From: Alphaproteobacteria bacterium
GTDB taxonomy: Bacteria; Myxococcota_A; UBA796; UBA2385
Direction of reading: 5' to 3'
Length of the DNA stretch: 64,000 bases
Assembly: GCA_020632755.1 (NCBI GenBank)
Contig: JACKEY010000006.1
Span: forward strand, 136,492-200,491
In this document: positions 1 through 9,991 of the stretch, piece by piece
How the letters are laid out: each line of letters starts with the position of its first letter
Position numbering within the stretch: position 1 is the stretch's first letter
The notes under the pieces: generated by a model
The model's input: only the letters and a program-made list of their open reading frames with translations
Told to the model about the DNA's origin: nothing
Databases searched by the model: none
Program-made: the position numbers and the translations under genes

Positions 1-97
1 ACGGCAAGGTCTACGTGTACACCTGCTGGGACGACAACGCGCCCGAGGTCGGGCAGGAGATGCCCTTCGACGAGTGGGTCCGGTCGGTCTCGCGCTG
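1..97 (+). CDS. 3' end of an upstream CDS (partial; C-terminus ...GKVYVYTCWDDNAPEVGQEMPFDEWVRSVSR*). Function unknown.
   Basis: Open frame runs from the window edge to a TGA at 95-97. No family recognised. Confidence 0.35.
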
Positions 98-113
98 ACG
101 GGGCCGCCCCCGG

Positions 114-401
114 CTAGCGGCGGTGCTGGACCTGGGCCTCGGCCACGGCCTGATCCTCGTCCATCTCCTGGATGACGGCGATGACCGTGTCCTTGTCGAC
201 CTCGCTGTCGTCGTCGACTTCCAGGCTCAGCACGCGGCTGGCGCTGCGGGCGCAGAGGGTCTCCATCTCGACGTCGCCTTCGACCACGGCGATGGCGCCG
301 CCGCGCAGCAGCACGTCACCGGGCTGCACCCGGAACTCGACCCAGCCGGCGAAGCTGGCGCGGACACGAACGCGGCCTTCCTTGTCGGGCAGCACGGGCA
401 C
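114..401 (-). CDS. Small protein with a biotinyl/lipoyl-type hybrid-barrel-like fold but no attachment lysine (VEGDVEMETL where E-A-M-K-M is expected).
   Basis: 95-aa ORF. The sequence resembles a biotin/lipoyl carrier domain with the Lys replaced by Glu. Weak call. Confidence 0.35.
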   Translation of the reverse strand: MPVLPDKEGRVRVRASFAGWVEFRVQPGDVLLRGGAIAVVEGDVEMETLCARSASRVLSLEVDDDSEVDKDTVIAVIQEMDEDQAVAEAQVQHRR

Positions 402-465
402 CTCCTCGGTGGACCGCAGCTAACCCTGCCGTCGGAGAGCGGTCCCGATCGGGCACAATGCCGCC

Positions 466-1230
466 ATGGTCGCCGTGCCCCTCCTCCTCGCCGCGCTCTG
501 CTCGCCCGCGGTTGCCGTGGATGCGGCGCCGGCCCCGTTCCAGCCGGCCTTCCCGCTGACGGCCCTGCACGAGTCGGGCGTGTACCGGACGGCCGCCGAT
601 CCCTCCGCGGTCGGCGCGGTGAGCACGCCGGCCCCGGGCGATGACCTGGGGGGCAAGACCTACGGCGTCTACCAGTTCGAGAGCTTCGTGTTCGTCGGAG
701 GCTCCGCCGACACCGACGCGGCCCGTGCGAGCACCCTGAGCCGGTTCGTGTCGTGGCCGGACAACCCCTACGGCAGCCCGCTGCGCGCGACCCGCTCGGC
801 GCGAGGGCTGGCCAGTCCGGCCTTCGACGTCGTGTGGGTCCAGCTCGCGTCCGAGGACAACCAGGGCTTCGGCCGGGCGCAGGAGGACTTCCTGCGCGTC
901 GACAAGGGCCCCGCAGTCGACGCCTTCGTCGCCCGCGCCCGCCTCTCGGACGAGGTCGCGGCGGACGACGCCTTCTTCGACCTGGCGCTCGGCACGCTGA
1001 ACCACGTCGGCGGGCTGGTTGACGGCGCGGCGGATGCGCTGGCGGCGCGGGCCGAGGCCGAGGGGCGGGCGCTGACGACCCGCGAGGCGGCGCGGGCGCT
1101 CTGCGACTACAAGCTCGACCACGTCGAGCGGTGGTTCCGCAGCTCGCCCGGGGCCTGGGAGGGGATCCGCCGGCGGTTCGAGGCCGAGCGGGCCGCCTTC
1201 GCCGAGCCGCCTGCACCCGCGGTCCCCTGA
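466..1230 (+). CDS. Secreted hypothetical protein.
   Basis: N-terminal signal peptide (MVAVPLLLAALCSPAVAVDAA). Protein-like composition. No confident family. Confidence 0.5.
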   Translation: MVAVPLLLAALCSPAVAVDAAPAPFQPAFPLTALHESGVYRTAADPSAVGAVSTPAPGDDLGGKTYGVYQFESFVFVGGSADTDAARASTLSRFVSWPDNPYGSPLRATRSARGLASPAFDVVWVQLASEDNQGFGRAQEDFLRVDKGPAVDAFVARARLSDEVAADDAFFDLALGTLNHVGGLVDGAADALAARAEAEGRALTTREAARALCDYKLDHVERWFRSSPGAWEGIRRRFEAERAAFAEPPAPAVP

Positions 1231-1244
1231 CCCTGCCCGCCGGC

Positions 1245-2771
1245 TCACTCGGCGGGCAGGAACCGGAAGCTGGCGCCGAACCAGCTGGCGGTGGCCGTGG
1301 TGCCCTCGGTGACGACGGTCGGCAGGACCAGGGCGCTGCCGACCCCGTAGCGGCCCTCGAGCCAGGCCACCTGGGGCGGCGTGTCGATGCGACCGTTGTA
1401 GGCGTAGCTGTCCGGGTTGCTGGCGAAGGCCTGGGCGCCCACGACGTAGTCCCCGGGCTCCAGGCGGAAGGGCTCGACCGCCACGGTGCGGAAGCCGTCG
1501 AGCAGGGTGCTGTCGGCCGCGTCCCACGACGGCACGGTGGCCGTGGCCAGCAAGGCGCCGCTGTCCGTGTCCCACAGCCCGACGTCGGCGGTGTGGGCCA
1601 GGCCGTCGCCCCCGACGTCGAGCAGGCCCATGTCCGTGACCACGACTGCCCGGTCCAGGTGGAACCGCCAGCCGACCACGTAGTTGCCGGTGTAGCCGGA
1701 GCTGTAGCCGCCGGTCCAGGTCACCGCGGCCACCGGGGTGTCGGCGGGTTCTTCGCCCAGCAGCGCCTGGGCGAAGCGCTCGCCCATCACCCGCTGGCCC
1801 AGGCCCTGGTAGTGCCAGGGATCGGCCGGGTACAGGCCCAGGTCGTCGGTCTCGATGGCGAAGACGTAGGGGTCGGCGTCGGCGACCGCCTGCTGGGCGG
1901 CCCGCACGGTCTCGCGAAAGGCGCACACGCCGGTGCAGTCGATGCGGCCCAGGACGAAGGGCAGCTCGGGGTCGCGGAGATCGGAGCGCACCCGCTCGAC
2001 CAGGTGCTGCAGGTTCACCTGGTAGGCGGCGGCGGTGTCGGCGTCGATGGCGTCGGACTCGCCCTGCATCCACACGAAGCCGGCGATCCGGTACTCGATG
2101 CCGGCTGCGTCCAGGGCGTCCCGGGCGGCGTCCACCGTGTCCATCAGGGTGGCGTAGCCCTCGCCGGCCGCCGGGTCGCCGGCGGCTTCGCCGGGGTGCC
2201 AGTAGGCCGCCAGGTCGGTGCCGCCGACGGCGTGCTTGATGAGCTTCACGTCGGTGTCGGGCAGGGCGTCGGCCAGGGTGCGGCCGAAGCTGACCTCGGG
2301 GCCGGTGTACCGGGCCGTGCCCGAGCTGTAGGCACTGCTGGGGGCCAGGGGGCGCCACCGGGGCTCGCCGGACCACCAGATCTCGACATCGTCCTGGGCC
2401 AGCTGCAGTCGGGGCGGCAGGCCGTTGACCTGGCCGATGCCGACCATGTTGCTCTGGCCGGCCAGCACCCAGACCCGGACGGTGCGCGGGCTGTCGCCGC
2501 TGTCGACCCCGCCGCTGTCACCGCTGTCGGCGCCGCCGCCGTCGCTGCTGCCGCTGTCGGTGCCGCCGCCGTCGGAGACGCCGCTGTCGCCGCCGTCGCT
2601 GCCGCTGTCAGAGCTGCCGCTGTCGTCGACGCCCGCGTCCGTGGGCCCGCCACTGTCCGCACCGGCGGAGGGCGCCGGCACGCACTGATCCCCGCGCAGC
2701 ACGGTCCCCGGCCCGCAGGACAGGTCCGCGGACGTGCAGGCCGAGACGAACAGTGGGACCGCGAAGATCAC
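1245..2771 (-). CDS. Lipoprotein carbohydrate esterase of the SASA / sialate O-acetylesterase-like (DUF303) family, with an acidic Ser/Gly/Asp low-complexity linker and an unknown C-terminal beta domain.
   Basis: GTG start gives VIFAVPLFVSAC (lipobox). The WVLAGQSNMVG motif is typical of the SASA esterase N-terminus. The D/S/G-rich linker is at about 2480-2640. The ORF track extends the start upstream to 2984, which is a shadow extension. Confidence 0.65.
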   Translation of the reverse strand: MIFAVPLFVSACTSADLSCGPGTVLRGDQCVPAPSAGADSGGPTDAGVDDSGSSDSGSDGGDSGVSDGGGTDSGSSDGGGADSGDSGGVDSGDSPRTVRVWVLAGQSNMVGIGQVNGLPPRLQLAQDDVEIWWSGEPRWRPLAPSSAYSSGTARYTGPEVSFGRTLADALPDTDVKLIKHAVGGTDLAAYWHPGEAAGDPAAGEGYATLMDTVDAARDALDAAGIEYRIAGFVWMQGESDAIDADTAAAYQVNLQHLVERVRSDLRDPELPFVLGRIDCTGVCAFRETVRAAQQAVADADPYVFAIETDDLGLYPADPWHYQGLGQRVMGERFAQALLGEEPADTPVAAVTWTGGYSSGYTGNYVVGWRFHLDRAVVVTDMGLLDVGGDGLAHTADVGLWDTDSGALLATATVPSWDAADSTLLDGFRTVAVEPFRLEPGDYVVGAQAFASNPDSYAYNGRIDTPPQVAWLEGRYGVGSALVLPTVVTEGTTATASWFGASFRFLPAE

Positions 2772-2806
2772 GGTCCCACTGTAGCGGAGGCGCCGAGGCC
2801 GAAGGC

Positions 2807-4576
2807 TCAGAGCAGGTCGATGTCGATGTCGACCATGCTGCCCTTGCCGGCGGCGACCTTCTTCGCGTAGAGCGCGGCTTCGGGCAGGATCTGCTCGAAG
2901 AAGAACCGGCCGGTCTGCAGCTTGCTCTGCCGCAGCTTGTCGTCGGCGGGCCGGGCCATGACCGTGCAGAGCTGACGCAGCCACACGTGGCCCAGGGTCA
3001 CGAGCGCGAACTGGTTGAGGTAGTTGCTGCCGACCGCGCCCACCAGCTCGGGGTCCTTCATGGCCTTGCCGCCCAGGTCCATGGTGGTCTGGGTCAGCCG
3101 ACCGGCTTCCTTGCCCATGGCGGCCACGAAGGGCGCGAGCTCCGGGAAGGCGCCAGCGGCCTCGATCTGGGCCGTCACTTCACCGGCGAAGCGCTGCAGC
3201 AGGCGGCCACCGCCCATCGGCAGCTTGCGGCCGACCAGGTCCAGTGCCTGGATGTGGTTCGTGCCTTCGTAGATCATCGCGATGCGCACGTCGCGCAGGT
3301 ACTGCTCGACCGGCCAGTCCTGGGTGAAACCGGCGCCGCCCATGACCTGCATGGACTCGCTGGTGTTCAGGAAGCCGCGCTCGCTGCCGTAGCTCTTGAT
3401 GATCGGGGTCAGCAGGGCCACCAGGTCGCTGGCGGCGGCCTTGGCGTCGGCGTCTTCGGACTTGTGCATGATGTCGTACTGGATGGCGATCCAGGCGACG
3501 AGTCCGCGCAGGCCTTCGGTGGTCGACTTCACGGTCAGCAGCATCCGGCGCACGTCGGGGTGCACCAGGATGTTGTCGGCCTTGTGGTCGGCGTCGCGCT
3601 TCTTGGGGTCCAGGCTGCGGCTCTGGCGGCGGTCCTTGGCGAATTCCAGGGCCGCCTGGTAGGCCGCATGGCCCAGCGACACACCCTCGATGCCGACCTG
3701 CAGCCGCGCGGCGTTCATCATGGTGAACATGCACTTCATGCCGCGGTGGGGCTCGCCGACCAGGTAGCCGGTGGCGCCTTCGAGGTTCATCACACAGGTG
3801 GGGCTCGCGTGGATGCCCATCTTGTGGTCGGTGCCGCCGCAGAAGATCGGGTTGCGGCTGCCGTCGTCCATGAACTTGGGCACCAGGAAGGTGCTGATGC
3901 CGCGGGTGCCGTCGGGGGCATCGGGCAGGCGGGCGAGCACCAGGTGGACGATGTTGTCCGTCATGTCGTGCTCACCGAAGGTGATCCAGATCTTGGTGCC
4001 GCTGAGCTTGTAGACGTCGCCGTCGGGCTCGGCCTTGGTGGTCAGCAGGCCCAGGTCCGTGCCGCAGTGGGGCTCGGTCAGGCACATGGTGCCGCCCCAC
4101 TCACCGCTGATCAGCTTGGGCAGGTACTTCTCCTTCTGCTCTTCGCTGCCGTGGGCCTCGAGCGCGTCGATGAGGCCGGCCGCCAGGCCGCCGCACATCG
4201 AGAAGGACTTGTTGCTGGCGATGAGCACCTCGCTGGCCAGGGTCGCCAGGACGAAGGGCGCGCCGATGCCGCCGTGCTCGGGCTCGAAGGGCAGGCTGGT
4301 GAAGCCGTTCTCGGCGTAGGCCTTCCAGGCGTCGACGAAGCCCGGGGGCATGGTGACGCTGTGGTCGGCCGGGTCGTACTTCACGCCGATGCTGTCGCCG
4401 GGGTCGTTGAGCGGGGCCAGCACGTCGATGCAGAACCGGGCGTACTCGTCGATCATCGACAGGCCGGTCTCCAGGTCGAAGTCCTGGTAGGCGGCCATGG
4501 TCTGCACGGTCGTCTCGTAGTCGAAGGCTTCCAGCAGGAAGCGGATGTCGTCGAGGGGGGCCTGGTAGCGGCTCAT
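2807..4576 (-). CDS. Acyl-CoA dehydrogenase, long (~590 aa) form with a C-terminal domain.
   Basis: Full-length clean ORF (MSRYQAPLDDIRFLLEAFDYE...). ACAD-type motifs are present (TEPHCGTDLG, YEGTNHIQALDLVGRK). Confidence 0.9.
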   Translation of the reverse strand: MSRYQAPLDDIRFLLEAFDYETTVQTMAAYQDFDLETGLSMIDEYARFCIDVLAPLNDPGDSIGVKYDPADHSVTMPPGFVDAWKAYAENGFTSLPFEPEHGGIGAPFVLATLASEVLIASNKSFSMCGGLAAGLIDALEAHGSEEQKEKYLPKLISGEWGGTMCLTEPHCGTDLGLLTTKAEPDGDVYKLSGTKIWITFGEHDMTDNIVHLVLARLPDAPDGTRGISTFLVPKFMDDGSRNPIFCGGTDHKMGIHASPTCVMNLEGATGYLVGEPHRGMKCMFTMMNAARLQVGIEGVSLGHAAYQAALEFAKDRRQSRSLDPKKRDADHKADNILVHPDVRRMLLTVKSTTEGLRGLVAWIAIQYDIMHKSEDADAKAAASDLVALLTPIIKSYGSERGFLNTSESMQVMGGAGFTQDWPVEQYLRDVRIAMIYEGTNHIQALDLVGRKLPMGGGRLLQRFAGEVTAQIEAAGAFPELAPFVAAMGKEAGRLTQTTMDLGGKAMKDPELVGAVGSNYLNQFALVTLGHVWLRQLCTVMARPADDKLRQSKLQTGRFFFEQILPEAALYAKKVAAGKGSMVDIDIDLL

Positions 4577-4703
4577 GGGGGAGCTCCGGGAGCGGTCAGG
4601 GGAGGAGAGGCAGGGAAAGGGGGTCGAGCTAATCCGTCCAGCGCGCCGGGCGAGGGAACGCAGGGTCGCAGGAGGGGCACGCTCGGCGGGTCGGTCGGCG
4701 CGC

Positions 4704-5621
4704 TCAGTCGGCGGCGGGGGGCAGCGAGCCGTCCCCGGCCGAGGTGAGCACTTCCAGGATGCGCTGCACCCGCGAGCCGTGCAGCAGCAGGCTGGGGGCG
4801 CCCTGGGGGCCTTCGGGGTCTTCGTCCAGGGGGTCGAAGCGCAGCCCGGCGGCCAGGTCGCTGGACAGGGCGCCGGCGATCCAGGTGTGCACGGCCCGGC
4901 CGGGCAGCGGCGTGCCGGTCAGGCGCACCTGCAGCAGGCTGGCGGTGACCTGGCCGTGCAGGCGCAGGGCTTCGGTCGTCAGCGGACTGCTGTCCCACAG
5001 GGCCATGCGCTCGTCGTTGGACACGGCCCGGCGGGCGGCGGCTTCGGCCGCGCGGACCAGGGCGGGGTCGCCCACCGCCGGCGTCACGGTGAGGTGCAGG
5101 CGCAGGCGCCCGGGGCGGGTGGCCATGCGGGCCAGGACCATGGGCAGGGCCGGGGTCATCCACGCATGGTTGGCGTCGAGCAGGCCCTGGGGGTCGTCGG
5201 TGTCGTCGGCCAGGCCCAGGGCCGGGCCGTCTTCGACGTCCGGGGCGACCGGGCTGTCGTGCACGAACCAGTCCCAGGCGTCCAGCAGGGCCCCCAGGTC
5301 TTCGGTGGCGGCGGCGAGCGCGCGGTCGGCGGCGTCGGGGGTCTCGGCCCGCCGCGACAGGCCGATCCACGCGGCGCCGGGCTGGTTCGCGCCGATCTCG
5401 ACCACGAAGTGCAGGGACGCCGAGCGGCCGCTGTCCTGCAGCCAGGTGGCCAGGGTGGACGCGGCGAGGGGAGTGGCGGGCAGCGCGTCGCCGCCGTCAC
5501 CGTCGCCATCGTCACTCTCGGCGTCCGAGGGTGTGGCCTGGCGCCAGGCCGTGGCCTGCGGCAGCGACCAGGGTCCCACCGCGTGGGTCGTCACCTGGGG
5601 ATCGGTCCAGTGCGCGGGCAT
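4704..5621 (-). CDS. Hypothetical protein.
   Basis: 305-aa ORF with protein-like composition. No recognisable family. Overlaps only shadow ORFs. Confidence 0.4.
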   Translation of the reverse strand: MPAHWTDPQVTTHAVGPWSLPQATAWRQATPSDAESDDGDGDGGDALPATPLAASTLATWLQDSGRSASLHFVVEIGANQPGAAWIGLSRRAETPDAADRALAAATEDLGALLDAWDWFVHDSPVAPDVEDGPALGLADDTDDPQGLLDANHAWMTPALPMVLARMATRPGRLRLHLTVTPAVGDPALVRAAEAAARRAVSNDERMALWDSSPLTTEALRLHGQVTASLLQVRLTGTPLPGRAVHTWIAGALSSDLAAGLRFDPLDEDPEGPQGAPSLLLHGSRVQRILEVLTSAGDGSLPPAAD

Positions 5622-5700
5622 GGGCTCCCGTCGAGGGCGGAGAGGGGGGGGAGAGGAGGTTCTAAGCGACCCCGCCGCCGCGCGCCGGACAGAAAGCGCC

Positions 5701-6936
5701 CTACCAGCAGCGGTCGTTCTCGACCCCCGGGGTGCCGGGCTCGCCCCCGCTGGTCATCACCGTCGTCTGGCCGCACCAGTGGGCCATGTCGTCGTTGCCC
5801 TCGGCCGTCAGCTCGCGCGGGTCGACCCCCACCGCCTGGGCGGTGCGGACCCAGCTGTCGTCGTAGACCAGCCGGTCGATCTCGACGCCGTCGGGACGCT
5901 CGAGGATCACCTCGTCGCCGTTGTTGCCGAAGGCCATGCCGGGCGGCGGCAGGTCCGGCCGCAGGAACCACGCGTCGCAGCCCTCGACGCCGCCGTTGGT
6001 GATCGGGTTCATCTCGGCGCAGACCAGGAAGTACTCGCCCGGCGGGATGCGCATGCTCTCGGAGATGACCCAGGTGTCGTAGTCGTCGTCCCGCAGCGTG
6101 TAGCCGTGGATGTCGATGGTCCGGCCCGACGTGTTGTAGAGCTCGAACCACTCGCCGGCGGTGTCGTAGACGACTTCGGGGTTGACCATCAGCTCGCTGA
6201 GCACGAGATCGCCCGGCTCGGCGTCGTCTTCGTCGATGGCGCCGCTGTCGCCGCCGCCTTCTTCGATGAACACCCGCACCGTGTCGGTGCCCGTCTCGCC
6301 GTCGGTGTCGGTGACCGACAGGGTCACCTGGTGCACGCCCTCGGACAGCGACTCGGTCAGCAGGATGCTGCGGCCCTCGCTGGACAGCTCGCCCGGCAGC
6401 GCGCCGTCCAGGTCGCTGCTCCACGCGAAGACCAGGTCCTCGGCCGGCGTGGTGTCGTCGGTGGCCTCGCCCTGGAAGCTGACCTGCTGGCCGGGGGCCC
6501 AGGTGCTGTCCATCTCGGGCGCGGTGATGGTCACCGTCGGCGCCCCGAGCGGACCCATCACCAGGTACTCCAGGGTGTGGTCCCCGTAGTCGTCGTCGCT
6601 GTCGGTGACGGCCAGCCGGACCAGCTGCGGGCCCGGCGCCAGGTCGGAGGGGTCGATCCCGGCCGCCACGGCGCCGTCGGCGTCGGGGCGGCTGTCGATG
6701 CGAAGCTCGCCGAGCTCCCACCAGGCCGTCAGGGTGTCGGCGTCGTCCTGCTCGTCGCTCACCACGCCGGTCAGCGTGATGAGGCCCGAGCCCTGGCGCC
6801 AGGGGTCGTCGGCGGTGGGGGAGGAAATGCGCGCCGTCGGCGGCGAGGGGATGCGGCCGAGCTTGGTGTCGGAGCCGCAGGCCAGCAGCAGGGCGGCGGG
6901 GAGGAGGAAGGTCACGGGTGCTCCAGCGAGGTGCAC
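5701..6936 (-). CDS. Lipoprotein with Ig-like repeats and a C-terminal lamin-tail (LTD) domain.
   Basis: Lipobox LLLACGS. The LTD-like segment is LVLSELMVNPEVVYDTAGEWFELYNTSGRTIDIHGYTL. Confidence 0.6.
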   Translation of the reverse strand: MHLAGAPVTFLLPAALLLACGSDTKLGRIPSPPTARISSPTADDPWRQGSGLITLTGVVSDEQDDADTLTAWWELGELRIDSRPDADGAVAAGIDPSDLAPGPQLVRLAVTDSDDDYGDHTLEYLVMGPLGAPTVTITAPEMDSTWAPGQQVSFQGEATDDTTPAEDLVFAWSSDLDGALPGELSSEGRSILLTESLSEGVHQVTLSVTDTDGETGTDTVRVFIEEGGGDSGAIDEDDAEPGDLVLSELMVNPEVVYDTAGEWFELYNTSGRTIDIHGYTLRDDDYDTWVISESMRIPPGEYFLVCAEMNPITNGGVEGCDAWFLRPDLPPPGMAFGNNGDEVILERPDGVEIDRLVYDDSWVRTAQAVGVDPRELTAEGNDDMAHWCGQTTVMTSGGEPGTPGVENDRCW

Positions 6937-7050
6937 GGTAATCCGCGTGGATGGCGCTGGGGTGACGAAGGCACAGCGGGTGGGCTGCGTGTGGGACTAG
7001 CGTCGCTAGTCCAGGTCCGTCCCGGGGGCGGGACTAGCGTTGCTAGACTC

Positions 7051-8985
7051 CTACCAGCGGTCGTCGATCCGCCCCTGGGCCTTCTGCAGCTCGGTCGCGA
7101 ACACCCAGGTTGGCGACACGGTGTCCTCGTAGTGGTCGCCGTCGTCGGACAGCAGGCTCACTTCCTTGTTGAAGTCCGGCTCGGGCACGATGTAGCTCAG
7201 GTAGTTGTCGGCCATGCCGACGACGGCTTCGTGCGGCAGGTCGAAGGCATCGAGCAGGGGGGCCTGGGTCTCGTCGTAGGACAGCCGGTAGGGCGATGCG
7301 TGCATCCGGGTGCAGTCGCAGCCGTCCAGGGACATGCGCTCACGGCAGTCCTCGTACGCGATGCTGTCGCAGGCTTCGGGATGCTGGGGGAAGTAGATGG
7401 CGCCCCGGCCGCTGCCGCGGGCCGTCAGGTCGGCGACCTCGGCCTGCCAGGCGGGGTCGTCTTCCGGAAGGCCCCAGGCCAGCTCGGGCAGCAGCTCGCC
7501 CGGCACGGCGACCAGGCCCAGGTCGCCGAGCTGCAGCCGGAAGGTGCGGGTCTCGATGCAGCCCATGTCCTCGCCGCCCGGGGTCTCGGTGTCGTCGACC
7601 CACGGGCACAGGTCCTCGTCGAAGACCGCGTCGTCGAGCCCCAGGTCGAACACGTCCATCGGGCCCAGCAGCTGGTAGGCGATGTTGGTGATCGGCAGGT
7701 AGAAGCCCTCGGCCTCGACCCGGATGGGCGAGGGGTCCAGCGGCTGGCCGGCATCGAGGGCCGCGATGGCGGCTTCGGCGATGTGCCAGCCGTGGCTGCG
7801 CACGAACTCCCAGGTGTCGCGCTCGGCCCACGCGGGCAGGGGCTCGCCGTCGTCGGTGGTCCGGGCGTCGCCCTCGGTCTTGCCGAAGCAGCCGCCGTCC
7901 GCCTCGTCGGCGACCTCCTCGGCCGAGCAGGTCTGGAAGACGTGGGTGCCGTCCTCCTCGACCAGCGGCAGGTCCCCGTTGAGGGCCGACTGCATGCCGC
8001 CCAGGCTCTCGGGCAGGTGCATGGCCACGCCGCCGTAGCGCGCCTCGAGCACCTGCCGGGTCACGCCGATCCAGTCGCTGCTGATGCTGTTGTTGTCGCC
8101 GCCCCAGGTCTCGGGGTGGCCCGACCAGTTGGTCAGCGTGAACACCGTGCCGCTGCCGTCGGGGCGGTTGCCCTGCAGCACCAGCAGCTGGTCGCTCACC
8201 AGCACGGGGTCGCGGCCGTCGTAGATCATGCCGTGCATCTTGGCGACGGGGTTGTCGCCGCCCCAGTCGCTGCCGTTGAACCAGCGGGAGCGATCGCGCA
8301 TGCGCACGGTGCCGATCGTCAGGTCGACGGGCTCCATCGCCGCGGCGGCGTCGCGCACGGCCTGCTCGATCGCGTCGGGGATGGCGGCCTGGTACTCGGG
8401 GTCGATGCCCGACACCGGGTCGGCCAGGTTGAAGGGGTTGCCCCACAGGCCCATGGTGTCGGGGCCCTGGTGGTTGTGGCTCGAGCTGACGATGAGCCGG
8501 TCGGGATCGAAGCCTTCGGTCGCGACCAGCCGGTCGCGGGCCTCGTGGATGCGCGGGCTGCCGAGCCCGACGAAGTCCAGGGCCACGAAGGCGACGTACT
8601 CGCCGTCCTTGGCGATGACCGTCGCCCGGGCGTAGACCGGGTCGTGCACGCTGTCGGCCGGCCGCAGCGGCGAGAAGCCGCCGATCCACACGGCGTCGAA
8701 CCAGCCGTTGCCGTTGACGTCGTCGAAGGGCTCGCCCTTGCACTCGCTGCCGTCGGGGTCCCACAGGCAGCCCTCGAACAGGTCGTTGCCATTGACGTCG
8801 GTCCAGGTCTCGACGATCTCCGGCGTCACGTCGACGATGGCGGCCCCGGCGTAGGTCACGCCGTCTTCGAGCAGCGGCATGTCGAGGGGAGGGCCGTCGT
8901 CGCCGCCGGGGCCCCCGGAGTCGGTCGCGGCCGTGCCGCCCTTGTCGGCGCAGGCGACGAGCAGGAGGAGGGGGAGGAGGGGCAT
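7051..8985 (-). CDS. Lipoprotein, neutral/alkaline ceramidase-like N-terminal domain hydrolase.
   Basis: Lipobox LLLVACAD. AIVDVTPE followed by ...IVSSSHNHQGPDTMG resembles the ceramidase GxDxTP / SGTHTHSGP region. Confidence 0.55.
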   Translation of the reverse strand: MPLLPLLLLVACADKGGTAATDSGGPGGDDGPPLDMPLLEDGVTYAGAAIVDVTPEIVETWTDVNGNDLFEGCLWDPDGSECKGEPFDDVNGNGWFDAVWIGGFSPLRPADSVHDPVYARATVIAKDGEYVAFVALDFVGLGSPRIHEARDRLVATEGFDPDRLIVSSSHNHQGPDTMGLWGNPFNLADPVSGIDPEYQAAIPDAIEQAVRDAAAAMEPVDLTIGTVRMRDRSRWFNGSDWGGDNPVAKMHGMIYDGRDPVLVSDQLLVLQGNRPDGSGTVFTLTNWSGHPETWGGDNNSISSDWIGVTRQVLEARYGGVAMHLPESLGGMQSALNGDLPLVEEDGTHVFQTCSAEEVADEADGGCFGKTEGDARTTDDGEPLPAWAERDTWEFVRSHGWHIAEAAIAALDAGQPLDPSPIRVEAEGFYLPITNIAYQLLGPMDVFDLGLDDAVFDEDLCPWVDDTETPGGEDMGCIETRTFRLQLGDLGLVAVPGELLPELAWGLPEDDPAWQAEVADLTARGSGRGAIYFPQHPEACDSIAYEDCRERMSLDGCDCTRMHASPYRLSYDETQAPLLDAFDLPHEAVVGMADNYLSYIVPEPDFNKEVSLLSDDGDHYEDTVSPTWVFATELQKAQGRIDDRW

Positions 8986-9154
8986 GACGGGTCCCGGGGA
9001 GGGGGCGGAAGGGGCGCATCATAGCGGGCGATCTCCCTGCCGAGTGGGACATCGATGCCCCACCCTGCCGCCCCAGGGGCGGGGCAGGCACGCCCCACCC
9101 CTCCCTGCTGGCGCACACTTGCGAACGGTACGGTTCTTGCTGCGTTTCCGGGCG

Positions 9155-9991
9155 ATGCGCGCCTCCGTCCCCGGCTCCCTCCCGGCCCTCCTCCTGGCCC
9201 TCCTCCTGGGTCCGACCTCCTCGCACGCGGCCCCGCGGGTCGTCGAAGCCTGGGTGGCCTGGGGGTCGGCCTCGGGACTCTCTCTCTCCCCCGGAGGCCC
9301 GGACCAGCTCGCCCAGGGCCCCGAGCAGCTCGCGGTCGGCCCCGACGGGGTCCCCTGGCTGTTCGACCCCGTCCAGGGCGAGGTCGTCCCCCTGGCCGCC
9401 GACGGGGGTGCGCATCGCTCCTTTCCCGTCCGCCACTGCAGCGACCTGCTGGTGGTCGACGACGGTCTGCTGGTGCTGGACCACAGCGCCCGGACCCTGA
9501 CCCTGTGGTCGCCCCAGGGGGTGGCCCTCGACTCCATCGAGCTGCCGGCCCTGGTCCCGACCCACGTCGGCCTGGCGGTCGACGGCGACCGGGTCCTGGC
9601 GCGGGACCCCTTCGGGAACCTGCACCCGGTCGGCGTGCTGGACGGTGGGCTCCGCAAGGAGGACGGCCCGCTCGAGGAGGTCGGAACGGGCGTGCGCTGG
9701 CGGGAGGGCATGCTGTCGACGGAGGGGCTGCAGCTGTCGCTCCCCGACGCCCTGCGGGCCAGCGGCCAGCGGTTCGGCGACTGGCTGATCGTCGACGAGG
9801 TCCGGTCGGACGAGGGCCCGCTGGTGGTCGAGCGCACGGCCTGGCACGTGCCGACGGGACAGTCGGTGGCGCTGCCGGTCCGGGATCGGGCCTATGCCCC
9901 GCGCGGCGACGCGGCGGCCCTGCCCGACGGCGGGCTGCTGGTGCTGGTGCCGTGGGACGACGGCCTGTCGCTGATCGAGGTGCAGCCATGA
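9155..9991 (+). CDS. Secreted hypothetical protein.
   Basis: ATG at 9155 gives signal peptide MRASVPGSLPALLLALLLGPTSSHA. Its stop overlaps the next start (ATGA). Confidence 0.5.
   Translation: MRASVPGSLPALLLALLLGPTSSHAAPRVVEAWVAWGSASGLSLSPGGPDQLAQGPEQLAVGPDGVPWLFDPVQGEVVPLAADGGAHRSFPVRHCSDLLVVDDGLLVLDHSARTLTLWSPQGVALDSIELPALVPTHVGLAVDGDRVLARDPFGNLHPVGVLDGGLRKEDGPLEEVGTGVRWREGMLSTEGLQLSLPDALRASGQRFGDWLIVDEVRSDEGPLVVERTAWHVPTGQSVALPVRDRAYAPRGDAAALPDGGLLVLVPWDDGLSLIEVQP

Noticed and set aside
4744-9024. 1426-aa ORF on the plus strand (and similar giants at 316-2376 minus, 18247-21198 plus, 33803-38185 minus, 36627-39074 minus, 42184-44934 minus, 42957-45284 plus).
   Set aside because: Arg/Gly/Ala/Pro-dominated low-complexity translations with no motifs. 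They overlap well-supported genes on the opposite strand. These are typical GC-rich shadow ORFs.
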